A stretch of DNA of 64,000 nt from Octopus vulgaris (lineage: Eukaryota): assembly GCA_951406725.2 (NCBI GenBank), contig OX597816.1, forward strand, positions 142,538,001-142,602,000, read 5' to 3'. This document shows positions 35,986-50,087 of the stretch, in pieces. The notes beneath the pieces are model-generated. The model was given only the letters and a program-made list of their open reading frames with translations, did not search any database and was not told the DNA's origin. The translations under genes were made by a program, and so were the position numbers. The number at the start of each line of letters is the position of its first letter. Position 1 is the stretch's first letter.

Positions 35986-37804
35986 GGTAAAAATTAAACC
36001 ATTAGTTGCATGAGAAAGATTTTGTCAAATGAATTGATCCCAGCATATTACTGGTAGCTATTTTATCATCCTTTGATTGATAAAATGCCAAGTTATCCCT
36101 AGAGGGATTTGAACTCAAAATAGATAGAGAAAATGGAGATAAAGCTAAAGATCACTCATTTTGCCTACATAGGAATAAGGATAGTTGTGTGATAAAAAGA
36201 AATTTTGAGTTTGATCTCACTGCATGACACCATTCTTTATGTTAGAGTCAAGTTGATCAATACCTTAGAAGCAGACATTTGGTACACAACAGAAACTGCA
36301 TAAGAAGTCCATCAAACATATTGTAAAGTACAGTCCTTTCATAACTGAGTGTTGCTCATAAAATGTCTCACACAAGTTCAAGAGAATTAATGGCTTGAGA
36401 AAATTCAAGTAAAAAAAATAAAGGTTCAATGACTTATGGAGTTAAATCTATAGTCACATTAAATTGGGGCATAATTAAGAGATTGATTGTTTCTGTTATC
36501 TTCCTTAACTAAATGTCTTCTCCTCTGAACTAGTTACAGCATTCCAACTTCACTCAGACTCATCCAGCTTACCTTTTTCTGTCATAGCTATTGATCCCTA
36601 TTGTACTGCAATCACCCTTCTTGATGTCCCACTAAACTCTCTCCTTTGCAAAATTAAAATCCTCTAACATTTTTTCACTAACTCTGTATGTACAAACTCA
36701 AAATCAACCAAAGTCAATCATATCAGCCTGGAAGGACCGGCAAAGCTCATGGACTCTGTACATCTCCTTTGTGTAAAGTCACCATTTAATGTCTGTTTTC
36801 CATGCTGGCATAGAATGGACAGTTTGACAAGATCTGGAGATCTACAGGGCTGTGCCAAGCATCAGTGTAAGCTTCAGCATGGCTTCTATGGCTGGATTCC
36901 TTTCCTAATACCAACTACTATACAGTGTGTAGTGGATGCTTATATCGTTCCACTTGTACTAGTGGGGTTGCCAAGAAACTTGAAAGACAGAAGAAAAAAA
37001 AGAGTAAAAAAACAAATTCCAATATTGATTGTTATTTATTTACATCTGTTTACTTCCTTCCTATTTGCTTTCATCAAAATCTTAAAACTACTCAACACAG
37101 AAACAAACTGAGAATGTTCTAAGAGTGTTTGTCCTTTCATCTTACATAAAACAACTTAATAAGTTGTTTAACATCCATTTTTCCATCTTTGCTTGAGTTT
37201 GGACAGGAAGTTATTTGAGACTGAATTTTATAGCTGGTGTCACATAAAAAAAAAACCTCATGTTGGTGTCACATATACAGATTCTGTGTTGGTGCCACAT
37301 AAAAAGCACTCAGAACACTCTCTAAAGTGGTTGACATTAGGAAGGGCATTCAGCCATAGAAACCATATCAAAACAGACAAATGGAACCTGGTGCAGTTCT
37401 CCAGTCGGCCACCTCCTGTCAAACCATTCAACCTATGCTAGTATAGAAAATGGATGTTAAATGATGATGATGAGGCTGGATGCTCTTCTGTCAAGCAGTC
37501 ATAATGTTGACAAGAGATGTCAATATTCTCACCACTTCGTTTGAGTGGTGAAAAGTGTGAAATATCAACATTCATGCATGTTCATATGCACAAGCATGTA
37601 CATTCATTCATTTCATCTGTTTTTCTATGCTAGCATGCTTTAAATATGAGGATACTGAGGCAGGAATTTTAGGGACAAATACACTTCCTTACTGGTTTTT
37701 CAAGTACAAAATTTTTATCTCAGAGGAATTTGAAAGCATAGAGCTAACAAACAATTTGTTGATAGTAAATGTGAACAAATGTCACTGGTCGCAGCCTAAC
37801 CAGA

Positions 37805-37860
<56 letters not shown>

Positions 37861-38126
37861 CGGGCTTCTTTCAGTTTCCAGCTACCAAATCTATTCACGT
37901 ATGTGTGCATTCATTTCCGTAAGTGTGTGTTTGTGTCTTCTTGTCTTGACATCATGCAATAATTGTAAATGAGCATCACTGTCATACAAGTGGTTTTGCA
38001 TATTTCCAATCATCCATGGAAACATATCTGGCTGTAAGGAAATATTACCATAAATTTCTGCATCTTTTCACTTCATTAGCTATGATCCAATGACATCATT
38101 TCCAGCCAAAAATGTATCTTCAAATA

Positions 38127-38572
38127 CAGGGCTGGATTAAGACTTGTAGAGGCCCTAAGCACTTAAAAGGTTTGGTGTCCTCAAGTATATGTAAATAGTT
38201 CAAAATGTAAACAAAAATAATTCAAAATGTAAATGATGATAAATTATAAGATAAATTTTTATTTTTCAAAAGGAAACAAAATTTACAAGACGATGGAAAA
38301 TAATGTTTATTTTTGTATGCTTCTACTTTATTTATATTTGAAAAGTTTTCTCCATTTTAAAAAAAATTGTAATGTGTTTGATGATATTAAAATTAATTTT
38401 ATGTAAAATTTCTGCTTCTATACTTAGTAGAGATAAGGCATTATGAATATTATTTTAGCAAGTGTAAGGTGATTTCTTTTGTGCCATAAGCCATTTTCAT
38501 TTCTGTGGTGCCCCTCATTTCTTGATGCCTTAAGCATGTGCTTATTTTGCTTAATGGGTTAATCCAGTGCTG
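38127..38572. mobile_element. hAT-type MITE
   Basis: TIRs CAGGGCTGGATTAA / TTAATCCAGTGCTG; degenerate 8-bp TSD TTCAAATA/TTCACACA. Confidence 0.7.
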
Positions 38573-38744
38573 TTCACACATGTCTAGAGGAGGAATTTTC
38601 TCCTGGGACTATTTTTGCAGTGAAAGGTCTTATCACATGCAAATGCACTGGAATGCTGTTATATATGATTTTACATGAAAATATTTTAATCAAAGCTGAT
38701 TCATGCAATATTATACATATACATATATATAATATGTAGGGTAT

Positions 38745-39107
38745 TGGCTATGCTGACAGTGGATGGAAAACATTTTTGAGTTATAAACTGGTAGATAGGT
38801 CTGGCTAAAGTTCATAACATGAAGTAATACAAGATAGAGAATAAAACATGACAAAGAATCTAAATTAAAAGATAAAATAAAGAATGATAGGTCTACACTT
38901 ATTGACACATATAGACGTACATGTCTTTATATGTGTGTCAACATGTGTAGACCTATCCTTCTTCATTTTATGTATTTATTTGGATCCTTTGTCATATTCT
39001 ATTCTCATATTACTTTGATTTACGTGATGTATCCACTCTAAACTATAGCCAGACCCACCTACTGGTTATAACCTGGAAATGCTTTCCATCCACTGTCAGT
39101 ATAGCTA
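38745..39107. repeat. ~360-bp imperfect fold-back hairpin
   Basis: GCTATGCTGACAGTGGATGGAAA..GATAGGTCTACAC mirrored by GTGTAGACCTATC..TTTCCATCCACTGTCAGTATAGC; apex ~38922. Confidence 0.8.
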
Positions 39108-39619
39108 AACTCAGTATATGTAATGAAGCATCTTATTTAATATGTGATACCTGATGAGATGCACCTTGCTATGATTGATGCAACACAATTAGCTATGCAA
39201 TATCCCACTTGAAGGGAATAGATGCAGGATGCTTCGAAACGATTGTTGTGATGATTAAAGATTCTTGCTAACTCCATATATATATATATATCATTGAAAA
39301 CCAAGAGGAGAGTGGAGGTGTGTTTACATCCAAAACATTTTTATTAAATAGTTTCCTACAATATATATAAGAATTACCATCATTGTATATATCTATGTGT
39401 ATGTGTCTCTGTGTCTGTGTTTGTCCCCCAAACCCATCACCATGTGACAACCGGAAATAGTGTGTTTACATCCGTGTAACTTTGCAGTTTGGCAAAAGAG
39501 ACTGACAGATTAAGCACAAGACTTAAAGAATAAGTCCTTGAGTTGAGTTGCTTGACTAAAACCCTTTGAACCAGTGTTCCAGTATGGCCACAGTCAAATG
39601 ACTGGAATAAATAAAAGAG

Positions 39620-39685
<66 letters not shown>

Positions 39686-41115
39686 CAAATAAGAAAATGG
39701 AGAAACAAATTCATCTCGTTCATCAACTTATGGATATTACAATTTTACATTATTTATTAATTATACAAATGGGAACATCAAAAGCATTTATGTATTAAGA
39801 ATTTGGGTACTTTACCAACAGTATATTGGATAACTGATATCCCATAGTGGGTTACATTCATAACCCCTATCTTACTTTATATATATATATATATATATAT
39901 TACGGAGATGTACTCGCATAGCAAGTGATTTGATCTGAGATCGTGTGCTGAAACGAAAACAATTGCAGCGAGAAACGTACCCAGGATATACCTATTGGAT
40001 GAATTACAGTGGAATGACTCACCATAAGTAATCCTAGGTGCTCCTTACAACTTGATGCTGTTAGCTGGAACCTAGATTATAACTGAGTACTTGTATGGTA
40101 CCCACCTGGATAATTTATCCCTATCTAGTCATCATATATATGTATGTATATATATATATATATATGTATGTATATATATATGTATGTATATATATATATA
40201 TATATGCAGATCGGCATGTTGATTTGCTAGCTTCTGCACACATTTTTTTCTCTCCTTGTTTCTCTCCATGTTTCTTTTCTGTGTATCTTTCTGTTGAAGA
40301 GCGTAGGCTTGAAACGTAAAAGACTTGTTTTATTTATATTCCTGAGCGCCATACTAATACAATTGTTTGTTTGTATTCCACCTGCCTTCATCTTTTGTTT
40401 ATTTTCATAAAGCTTCCCGTTATATATATATATATATAAGTTCAGCAAAATTTAGATTCAAACGAATATGGTACTTAAGTCAGATGCACCAGAATTTTGT
40501 ACGGTGTCATCCATATAAATCCATGGGGTGATTATAATCAAAGTAAGCAACAAGAATAAATGCCCTGATGCAGTACCAGGGAGTGGCTCTCATGGCTTCT
40601 GATCTTAATTGATTGGAAGTGTTATCATGTACATTGGTTTGTCTTGGTATAAAAGGATGGCTACAGCAAATATTCTGCTCAATACCACAGATTTACTTGT
40701 CAGTTGTTTGACCTTAACCAGTTGTCCATGTCCCTTAGTGGCTGACGATATGTGCATCTCTGATCATGAGCAGAAATAGTGGGGAAGTATCATAGCCATG
40801 TGTTGTGAGGGATTCTTTGGGGTTTGAATTATTCACCTCTGGAAACATGGGTGTTTCATTTAACATCCTTAAACAACCCTTATTCAGAGACCTTTTGAGT
40901 GGGATGGGTTACTTGACCAGAACAAAATTCTAACTGGGCCCCACCTGCAAGGTCATGTGCTGTTTATCTTGATATGAGATCACCATGTTGCGAACACATG
41001 GTTGTGATGCATGTGCCTAGTATACCCTTATCACATGGGTAGTCATGATGGGTATACTGAGCTTTGTATATTTTACCTCAGTGTCACTTTGATGGCATGC
41101 ACTGCTCTCTCACTC

Positions 41116-41153
<38 letters not shown>

Positions 41154-41229
41154 TAATAATAATAATATAGGGTAGGACACTATTTACATTGAAAAATTTG
41201 TAAACATTACAAAATCAGCACTCCTGCTT

Positions 41230-41800
41230 ACTGAACATCATCCTGAGCCAGTCATTGAAGGTTAAAATGTCACTATCCTCTGGAATTTTCCAGTCAACAC
41301 TGACAGAATGACCCAGGCTAATTAACCAGACATGATTATAAAAGACAGGGAAGAAAATACTAGTAAACTAATAGATGTAAGTGTTCCTACTGATAAAAAT
41401 ATATCTGTCAAAGAATTTGACAAATTAAGTAAATATAAGGACCTGGAAATTGAAATACAAAAGATGTGGTTTCTTAAAGTAAGAACTGTTCTTGTTATTG
41501 TGGGTGACCTAGGTATGATAAAAAAGGGATGCCAGAAACATTTAAAAAAGGTCCCAGGAGAACCATGTCTCAGAGAAATCCAAAAGATAGTGTTGACAAG
41601 TAGTGCCCACATCTTTGGAAAAATCCTATCCATTTAAATGTCTGTGTTATATTACATGAAGACATTTCGCCACTTCCTCTCCCCAAGCTTTCTGCCATAC
41701 TGTAACATCTCTTATCCTTCACACACCCTAAGATGCTGAGTGTGCCTCAGCAAGTGCTTGTAACAAACATGCAGATTAAAAGTAAAATAATAATAATAAT
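41230..41800 (+). mobile_element. R4/Dong-like LINE 3' fragment (restriction-like endonuclease domain)
   Basis: ILWNFPVNTDR...PDMIIKD...LIDVSVP.D.N...KE.DKLSKY.DL...VIVG.LG; (TAA)n tail ~41787. Confidence 0.85.
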
Positions 41801-42019
41801 GATAAAAATTAAAATGGTTTGTGATTTAGACACAAGACCAGTGATTCTGAGGGGAGGAGGTTAGTCAATTCCATCAGTTGCAGTACTTGACTGGTACTTT
41901 ATTTCATTGTAATGTAACCAGATTGTAACCTTAGCAGGATTTGAACTATGAATGTGGAGAACCAGGATAAATACCACAAGCTATCTTTTCTACCAATTCT
42001 ACCAATTCACTGCCTTATT

Positions 42020-42037
42020 AATAGTTGTAGTAGTTGT

Positions 42038-42078
<41 letters not shown>

Positions 42079-42232
42079 CAGCAGCAGCAGCTGCAGTAGT
42101 AGCAGTAATAGCAGCAGCAGTTGCAGTAGCAGTAATAGCAGTAGTAGTAGTGGTAGTGGTGGTGGGGTATAATTGTAGTAGCAGTAGTATTGGAAGCAGT
42201 GATGATGATGATGATGATGATAATAACAATGG
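42020..42232. repeat. Compound (CAG/TAG/GAT)n microsatellite
   Basis: Direct reading; other microsatellites at 37810-37858 (TA), 41116-41165 and 46790-46838 (TAA), 54295-54374 (GA). Confidence 0.95.
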
Positions 42233-43677
42233 CAGTGATGGCAAGGAGGTGGAGAAACAATTACCTCCGTTGTAATTTTTTTCTGTGTCAACAATCCTGA
42301 AACGCCACTGTCAGGTAAATCTTCAAAGAAATCCGATTGTCAGAGCTTATAATGAGGCATAGCAGCATAAACCAGTGACAGGAGGAGGAAGAAACAGGTT
42401 TAATTCTCAAAGTTGAAGATTAACTCAATTGTCTGGATGTTGATGGGTGGGTGGTTTTGTATTAATTATCTCAATTACACTTCCTCACTGAAGCTGACAA
42501 GAAAACCTATCAAAGACTCAGCAACTGGGACAATGACAGGTTGCTAAGTTTTTTTTTTTTTATGTAAGCTACAGTTTTGTTAAATAAATCTAAATTTATT
42601 AACCTACTTTCAGATAATCTCAAATTTGTTGTGAAATATCCCCAGGTTTTATATATTCCTTTTTATGTTTGTCAGGAGTGCTGTGATGGTTGTATGGTCA
42701 AGAAACTTGTTTTGCAATTATGTTGTTTTGGGCTTAGTCCCACTGCATGGTACCTTGGAAAAGTGTCTTCTACTGTAGCCCTGGCCCAACCAATGTGTGA
42801 GAATTTGGTAGATGGAAACTGTGTGGAAGCTTCTATCCATCCATCCATCCATCTATCTGTGTGTTTGCGTATGTGTATGTCTTTTTGTTTGTGTTTGTTC
42901 CCCATCACACTGCTTGACAGCTGGTATTGGTTTGTTTACATCCCTGAAACTTGCCAGTTCAAACAAAGAGACTGATAGAATAAGTACCAGACTTAAAAAA
43001 TAAGTGCTGGTCTTGATTTCTTTTACTATACACTTCAGCATTTCAGTAGCCCAATGGCTAACACTAGTAAAAGGTATAGAACAAGTGTCAGTGTCAATGA
43101 CCTTTACAGACCCTATCATACTTGTAAAATTTTTGCAAGTGATTGATGTTCAACTTGGGAATCTTCTGTTCAATATCCTCCAGAATAAATGTGGATACAG
43201 GAGGAAACTGGGATCCTAGTTTGAATGCTTATAATAGAATGAGTTCTCCAATAGTGAAGGATAAGATAGTGATATGAAACCATGTGGTATATTGGATCAT
43301 CAAGTAAGATCAAAAGCATTTAAGTCATGTTTAGTTTAATTTTAGTTCTGTCTTGTGACCTTGGACTTATCAAGCCAGTGGCCTGGCATCCATATAATGT
43401 GGAAGGAAGTGTTTTGCTTAAGAACAACACAATGCACTACTCAGTCTGGGAATCAAAACTACAATCTGACAATTGTGCAATTTTCATGCATCTTCATGAA
43501 AATTGCACACTGAAAAGGTCATGCTTCTTCACACTCTAGTCATGGTCTTTTATCATTATTTTTCACAAAATGTATCTGGGTGTATATGATCCAATATATC
43601 TTCCTCCTTAATGTATAGGGTGTGATTTAAGGTAAAGTTAGCTGCTATTTCTAACTGAGAAACTGCTATTTCTAACT

Positions 43678-44761
43678 CAGGGTACAGTACTCGGCCCAAT
43701 CCTGTTTCTCATCCTCATCTCTGACATAGATGAAGATACAACCAGCAACGTCTCATCCTTTGCTGATGACACCAGGGTCATGAGACAAATCAAAAACGAG
43801 GTGGATACAGAGGCCTTACAAAAGGACCTGACCACCATATATAAATGGCAGGAAACAAACAACATGTTGTTCAATGATAAGAAGTTTGAACTAATTCGCT
43901 ACGGAACAGATCAAGATCTGAAAAATACAACAAACTACAGAAACCCATCAGGACAACAAATAATGGAAAAACAGTATGTGAAAGATTTAGGCATCCACAT
44001 GGGAACCAACCTAAAATTCAGAGAACACCTTGACTCAGTCTGTCTTACTGCAAGAAAGTACAGCGGGTGGATCTTGCGCACCTTCAAATCAAGAGATACC
44101 TCAACAATGAAAACCCTCTGGAACAGTATGATACTTCCGAGGATTGACTACTGTTCTCAGTTGTGGTCACCAACAACAAAGGGCCAACTATCTAAGATAG
44201 AATCGCTCCAAAGAAATTTTACCTCATACTTCTCAGAAACGAGGGACCTGGACTATTGGCAAAGACTCAAAACCTTGAGGATGTACTCAATAGAAAGAAG
44301 ATTTGAGCGATACCGAATTATATACATTTGGAAAATGATAGAGCAGAAGGTGCCAAACTTTGGTATCAAAACCTACCACTCACTGCGCCACGGAAGACGC
44401 TGCCAGCTGCCACCAATCAACAAAAAGGCTGGCCAGGCAGCAAAAACCCTGCGAGAATCAAGTCTGTTGGTTCGAGGAGCACAACTGTTCAACTCCATTC
44501 CGGTACATGTCAGAAATCTATCAGGATGCAGTGTGGAATCATTCAAATTGCAACTGGATAGATACTTAAGCACCATTAGAGATGAACCCCATCTCCCAGG
44601 ATATACACAACGAGCACAAACTGACTCAAACTCACTCCTACACATGTCAAAATTAAGCAGAGAATACAACCTGGCAACCACACCAGACTCTGAGGGTGGA
44701 GTCTTCGACTTGGCCTGAGCATGGACTCAAACCCAAATGAAATGAAATGAAATGAAATGAG
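43678..44761 (+). mobile_element. 5'-truncated CR1-group LINE with uninterrupted RT C-terminus
   Basis: Frame open from QGTVLGPILF..SFADDTR to stop at 44718; (GAAAT)n tail 44735-44761. Confidence 0.92.
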
Positions 44762-46789
44762 AACTGACACAATTCACTTATTTGCCAGTGGTTATTCTCA
44801 AATACTAAAGTGATTTAACTAACTAGAGAAATGTCATAAGAAAAACAGATTGTTGTACTTGTAGGCTAACAACAAATCAAACTCTAACTGAAGCCTCTGC
44901 ATGGCTGCTTAACCTGCTAGAAATAGCTGCCAAAACTCTCTCATATTACGACTCACCATCTTAAAAAGGAAGCAACACATTACTCTTTTACTATTTTTCA
45001 GTCATTTGACTGTGGCCATGCTGGAGTACTTCCTTTAAAACATTAGATTATATAATCCTGGATATGCTAGACCTAAGAAAAACAAGACTGGATGATCATA
45101 GCTAGAATGTTATTCATCATAAATCTGCTTGACTGAGACTGACCAAGGACTAAACAATCACAACAGCATATCTCTAATACAGCATACTGTATGGCACCTA
45201 AGGCAGGCTGAAAGAAATGAATAACAGTTACATCACTAACAACAACAACAACACTTCAGCAACAACAACAACCATAAGAAAAGAAAAAGAAAGGAAAGAA
45301 ATTCTCTTAGGTTGTTTATAATAAGGGTTCTTAAAATAAAACGGAAAAGCTGGCACTTGAATTTTAAGAAGATAAGTGGTCATTTCTGGGAAACAAAAAT
45401 ATTGACGAAATCTTTATTCAAACTTGTGTGTGTCTGTTTATGCCTGTGTATGTGCATGTATGTGGGTGTTTGTAGTAAAGGGCTAGTTGAGTGTTTTATT
45501 TTCATTTCAAAAGGTTATATTAATTATTTTTTTAATCTGTTACCCAGTTTAACACCACCACATTTGATTCGTTCAACAGTGTTTACTTTATTGCAAGGAT
45601 TCAGACTGAATCTTCAGTTTGAGGATAAATTTCTCCTTTGCCTCAACAAGTTCTGGAGGCTTTGAAAAAATAAAGTATCATAGACTCTGTTCCTCTATTC
45701 CTGACCAAACAATTCAAAAATACTATTAATAATTTTTTAACATTCATTTTTTATGCTTATATTGGTTGGGGGAAGTTTATTGAGTCAGGATGCCCCTACT
45801 GTTGTCAATTTTTGCTTGTTTCTGAGCAAAGTATTACATCTTTATGGCCAGACATGTTTTTGCAGAGTATTGGAAAGGATTGGCATTTACAACTATCACA
45901 TGATGTCATGACAAAAGGACACAAACATACACACTCACACACACACATTTGTATATTCACAACAAGCTTCTTTCAGTTTCTTATTTCTTTATTGCCCACA
46001 AGGGGCTAAACATAGAGGGGACAAACAATGACAGACAAAGGGATTAAGTCAATTACATCAAACCCAGTGTGTAACTGGTACTTGATTTATCAATCCCGAA
46101 AGGATGAAAGGCAAAGTCGAACTCAGCGGAATTTGAACTCAGAACGTAGCGGCAGACGAAATACCACTAAGCATTTCACCCGGCATGCTAACGTTTCTGC
46201 CAGCTTGCCACCTTTCAGTTTCTGTCAGCTTCTTTCAGTTTCTGTCTCCCAAATTCACTCACAAGGCTTTGGTCAGCCCAGAGCTATAGTAGAAGACACT
46301 TTCCCAAGATGCCATGCTGTAGGACTGAACTTGAAACCATAACGTTGGTTTGTTAGCCACACAGACATGCCTGAGCCTATAATGTTACCATCAATCAGTC
46401 ACTTTTCATATTTTAAGAGAAAGGTTAGCATTTTTTGCTGAAGTTTGTAAATTTGGGTAAGCCTATTATATCATAGAAAGATGAGGATCCTACGATAAGT
46501 AGGTTGGTTGCATTCTTAGCAGAAAATGACATGGTCACTGACACTTAGCACAGGCTATTGCCCAGGAAGGCGATCTTCATACACCTCCTACAACATTATG
46601 ACTCAGTATAGAAACTGCCGTTCAACTGTTGTAATGTGGATGTGATGTATCTTGTTTTCTTTTGTAAAAGTCGTTGATAAATTGGTTATGGAATGATATA
46701 TAGGACTCTTGTGTTAATAGATATAACTATTGATTTCTTTGTTAGACAAAAGACCTATGACCTGTCTATCCAAAGAAAAAGATAAATGG

Positions 46790-46839
<50 letters not shown>

Positions 46840-48995
46840 TTCATTTATTTGCTGCAATGATAAAGGATGAGGAGACAAATAATAATAATAAGAAGAAGGA
46901 GAAAAAGTCCTCTCCCCACTGCTACCACTAATAACTGAGGTTAAGATACTTAAATGTCTTGATCAGGAACTCAGTTATCTGTCTGAAGCAGGATATGAAC
47001 TCACATTTTGGTATGGAAGCAATTTCAATGACATGGCTTGGATAAGACATTTGGAGGCAGTGTTTTATGGTTAGATACCATTCCTAACATCAACCCGTTT
47101 TAGGTGCCTCTTGAGACATGCAGGAACTTGTAAGACCTATCCTAAAACTGTAAAATGCTGAATACAAGGCTGTGTAATTGAAAAGTTTGCTTCTCAACCA
47201 AGTGGTTTCAGGTTCAGTCTCACAGTGTGACACTTCGGACAAGAGCCTCTGGTACAACCAATGCCCTGTGAGTGAATTTTGTAGATGGAAACTTTGTTGA
47301 ATCCTGTTATATATTTTTATGTGTACTTGAGATGTGTCAAGCTAAGTAAAATTACTGGCATTCATACATACAGGCTTGTCTTTTATAGGTACTGGTGTCA
47401 CATAAAATATATTTGTGCCAGTGCTGTGTAAACACACCCATGCCAGTGGTGCGTAAAACACACTCAGCACACTCTGTAAAGTGGTTGGCATAAGGAAGGG
47501 CATCCAGCCAAAGAAACCATGCCATAACAGACAACTGGAGTCTGGACAGCTCCCCTGCTGGCCAGCTCCATGTCAAACTGTCCAACCCATACCAGCATGG
47601 AAAATGGATGTTAAATGATGATGATTGATGATGATGTGTATGTACTCTTTTACTCTCTATTTTTTACTCTTTTACTTGTTTCAGTCATTTGACTGTGGCC
47701 ATGCTGGAGCACCACCTTTAGTCGAGCAAATCGCCCCCAGGACTTATTCTTTCTAAGCCTAGTACTTATTCTATCGGTCTCTTTTGCTGAACCGCTAAGT
47801 TACGGGGACACAAACACACCAGCATCGGTTGTCAAGCGATGTTGAGGGGACAAACACAGACACACAAACATACACACACATATACACATATATATATACA
47901 TATATATAATGGGCTTCTTTCAGTTTCCATCTACCAAATCCACTCACAAGGCTTTGGTTGGCCTGAGGCTAAAGTAGAATACACTTGCCCAAGGTGTCAC
48001 ACAGTGGGACTGAACTTGGAACCATGTGGTTTGTAAGCAAGCTACTTCACACAGCCACTCCTACGTCTATGTGTATATTTTTGCATCTGTGTTTGTTCCC
48101 CAGCTCCCCCACTCGACAATCAGTGTTGGCTTGTTTACATCCCTGTAACTTAGTGGTTCGGCAAAAGGGACTAATAGAGTAAATACAATATATGTAAAAA
48201 GTAGTTATTGGGGTCAATCCATTCAACTAAACCACTTTAAGAGGTTGCCCCAACATAACCACAATCCATTGACTGAAACAAGTTCAAAGATAAGATGCAC
48301 AGGCATAAATTACATAATAAATAACACTGCTGCTCATCTCTTTAGTGAAATGGTTGAGTCAATCATTGAACTTATTGATGACAAGAGGCATCTGAGCAAT
48401 GAAATATCAACTCTACTGACTTATAGCCAAGAGCACTGCAGCATTGTGTCCTATACATGCATGTAGAAGTGCACAATAAGCCCTTCAGCAGAGGTTGAGC
48501 AATAGATGTGTGGGTTACTAGGGCTGTCTTGATAACATTATCAGTCCCTGAGTAAACTAATTCATTAGAACCAATAGTATTTATTCATTCATTGACTAGA
48601 AGCCACAGTAAACTTAGATTAGAATAGGGCTCTTAGACCAATGGGGTCCCAGGTAACTGCCCAGTATGTCCATGCCTTAAGACAGCCCTATGGCTCACAG
48701 CCACTCAGTTATTCAGTCTCCTAGTTTGATTAGAGCTAACATATGACTATATGACAACAACCAGAGGAAACTTCTTCTGGCCACATCCCTTAGGTAGGCA
48801 GTGAAGTCATGAATATAAACCTAATATCTTAAGTCATTGCAAACATTTGTCAATTATTTTCACTACTGTATGGAGAATCATTTATCTCCCACTATGGAAT
48901 TTATTTATTTCATCATTGTTGTTGCCACCACTGCCTCTATTATTGTATCAATGTCTACTTTTCTGTGCTCACATGGACTGGATGGAATTTGTTGA

Positions 48996-49682
48996 CAAGG
49001 CCATCACATGACTTTTAGAGGTCCCCTGCATCATTTTGCTTCAAGGCCTCAACTCTCCAATCAAAATTCATAATCTATGCACCTTTTGTTCGTAGCTATA
49101 TTTTACTTTATTCTATCTGAAGTTCAATATTTCTCGTTATCCTAAAGAACATCTTTAAAAGTACAAGTTAAATTTATTTAGGGCTGGAACTATTGTATAA
49201 TTTCATGTTTAGGAAGGCCAACATTTAATAGGGTTGAATATTTATTCAATGAACTCATAAGTATCAGAAGACAAGCATTTCAAAATAACAACAGTTGCCT
49301 CAGCTTTTATATACAAAGAAGTTTATTCAAGAGCATTAAAATACAAAAACGCTTTCAATCTAAAACAGAAACAAACTATTTTAAATTATATATTTTTGTA
49401 AAATAGACATGAATGTTTTCAAAGGCTTCATAACAGTCAAAAACACCTTTTTTTAATTCTATATTTCACTGTTAGCTGTTGCTATATTTCGATTGGATAA
49501 ACAATTCTACAGTTCAAACTGTAAAGTCAAAATACCAAAGATGCAAAATATAAAGAATTTCTTACCTTCCTCTGAAATCACAAATTCAAGGGAAAAATAG
49601 TACTTTGCAAAATAAAATACGTTGATCACAAACTAGTTACAACTGAAGAATACCTGTGTGTATACATACACACAAACATCTG

Positions 49683-49713
<31 letters not shown>

Positions 49714-50087
49714 GTGTACAAATGAATAGGTATATGTATGCTTGTGTGTGTATGTTTGTATGTATGTATAAGTATACAACTTCCACCTTTCATCACCATT
49801 GCTTCTTTTTCTTGTCTTCTGTTGAAGTTGTTCTTATTTCCATTGTTTGGGATTTCTTTCGTTTTTTCTTTTATCTCCCTAGGGAATTCACTGACAAGCT
49901 TTTTTCATTTATTTTTTTGTTTCTTTAAAATTTATTTACAGTACACACTCGTATTTTTTTCCTCGCCTGGCTTGAAATTTTCAGTTAGCGTTTTAAACAA
50001 AGTAAATAGCTGGCTCATCTATGTACTTGAATCTTAACACGGGGGTCCCTCAACTGCAGAGGTTTCAGGGGCTTAGCAACGGCCCTG
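48996..50087. mobile_element. Non-autonomous hAT element
   Basis: Termini CAAGGCCAT / ACGGCCCTG with perfect 8-bp TSD TTTGTTGA (48988-48995, 50088-50095). Confidence 0.85.

Noticed and set aside
41948-42294. Poly-Ser/Ala/Leu/His ORFs in several frames
   Set aside because: Trinucleotide microsatellite; no splice context or domain
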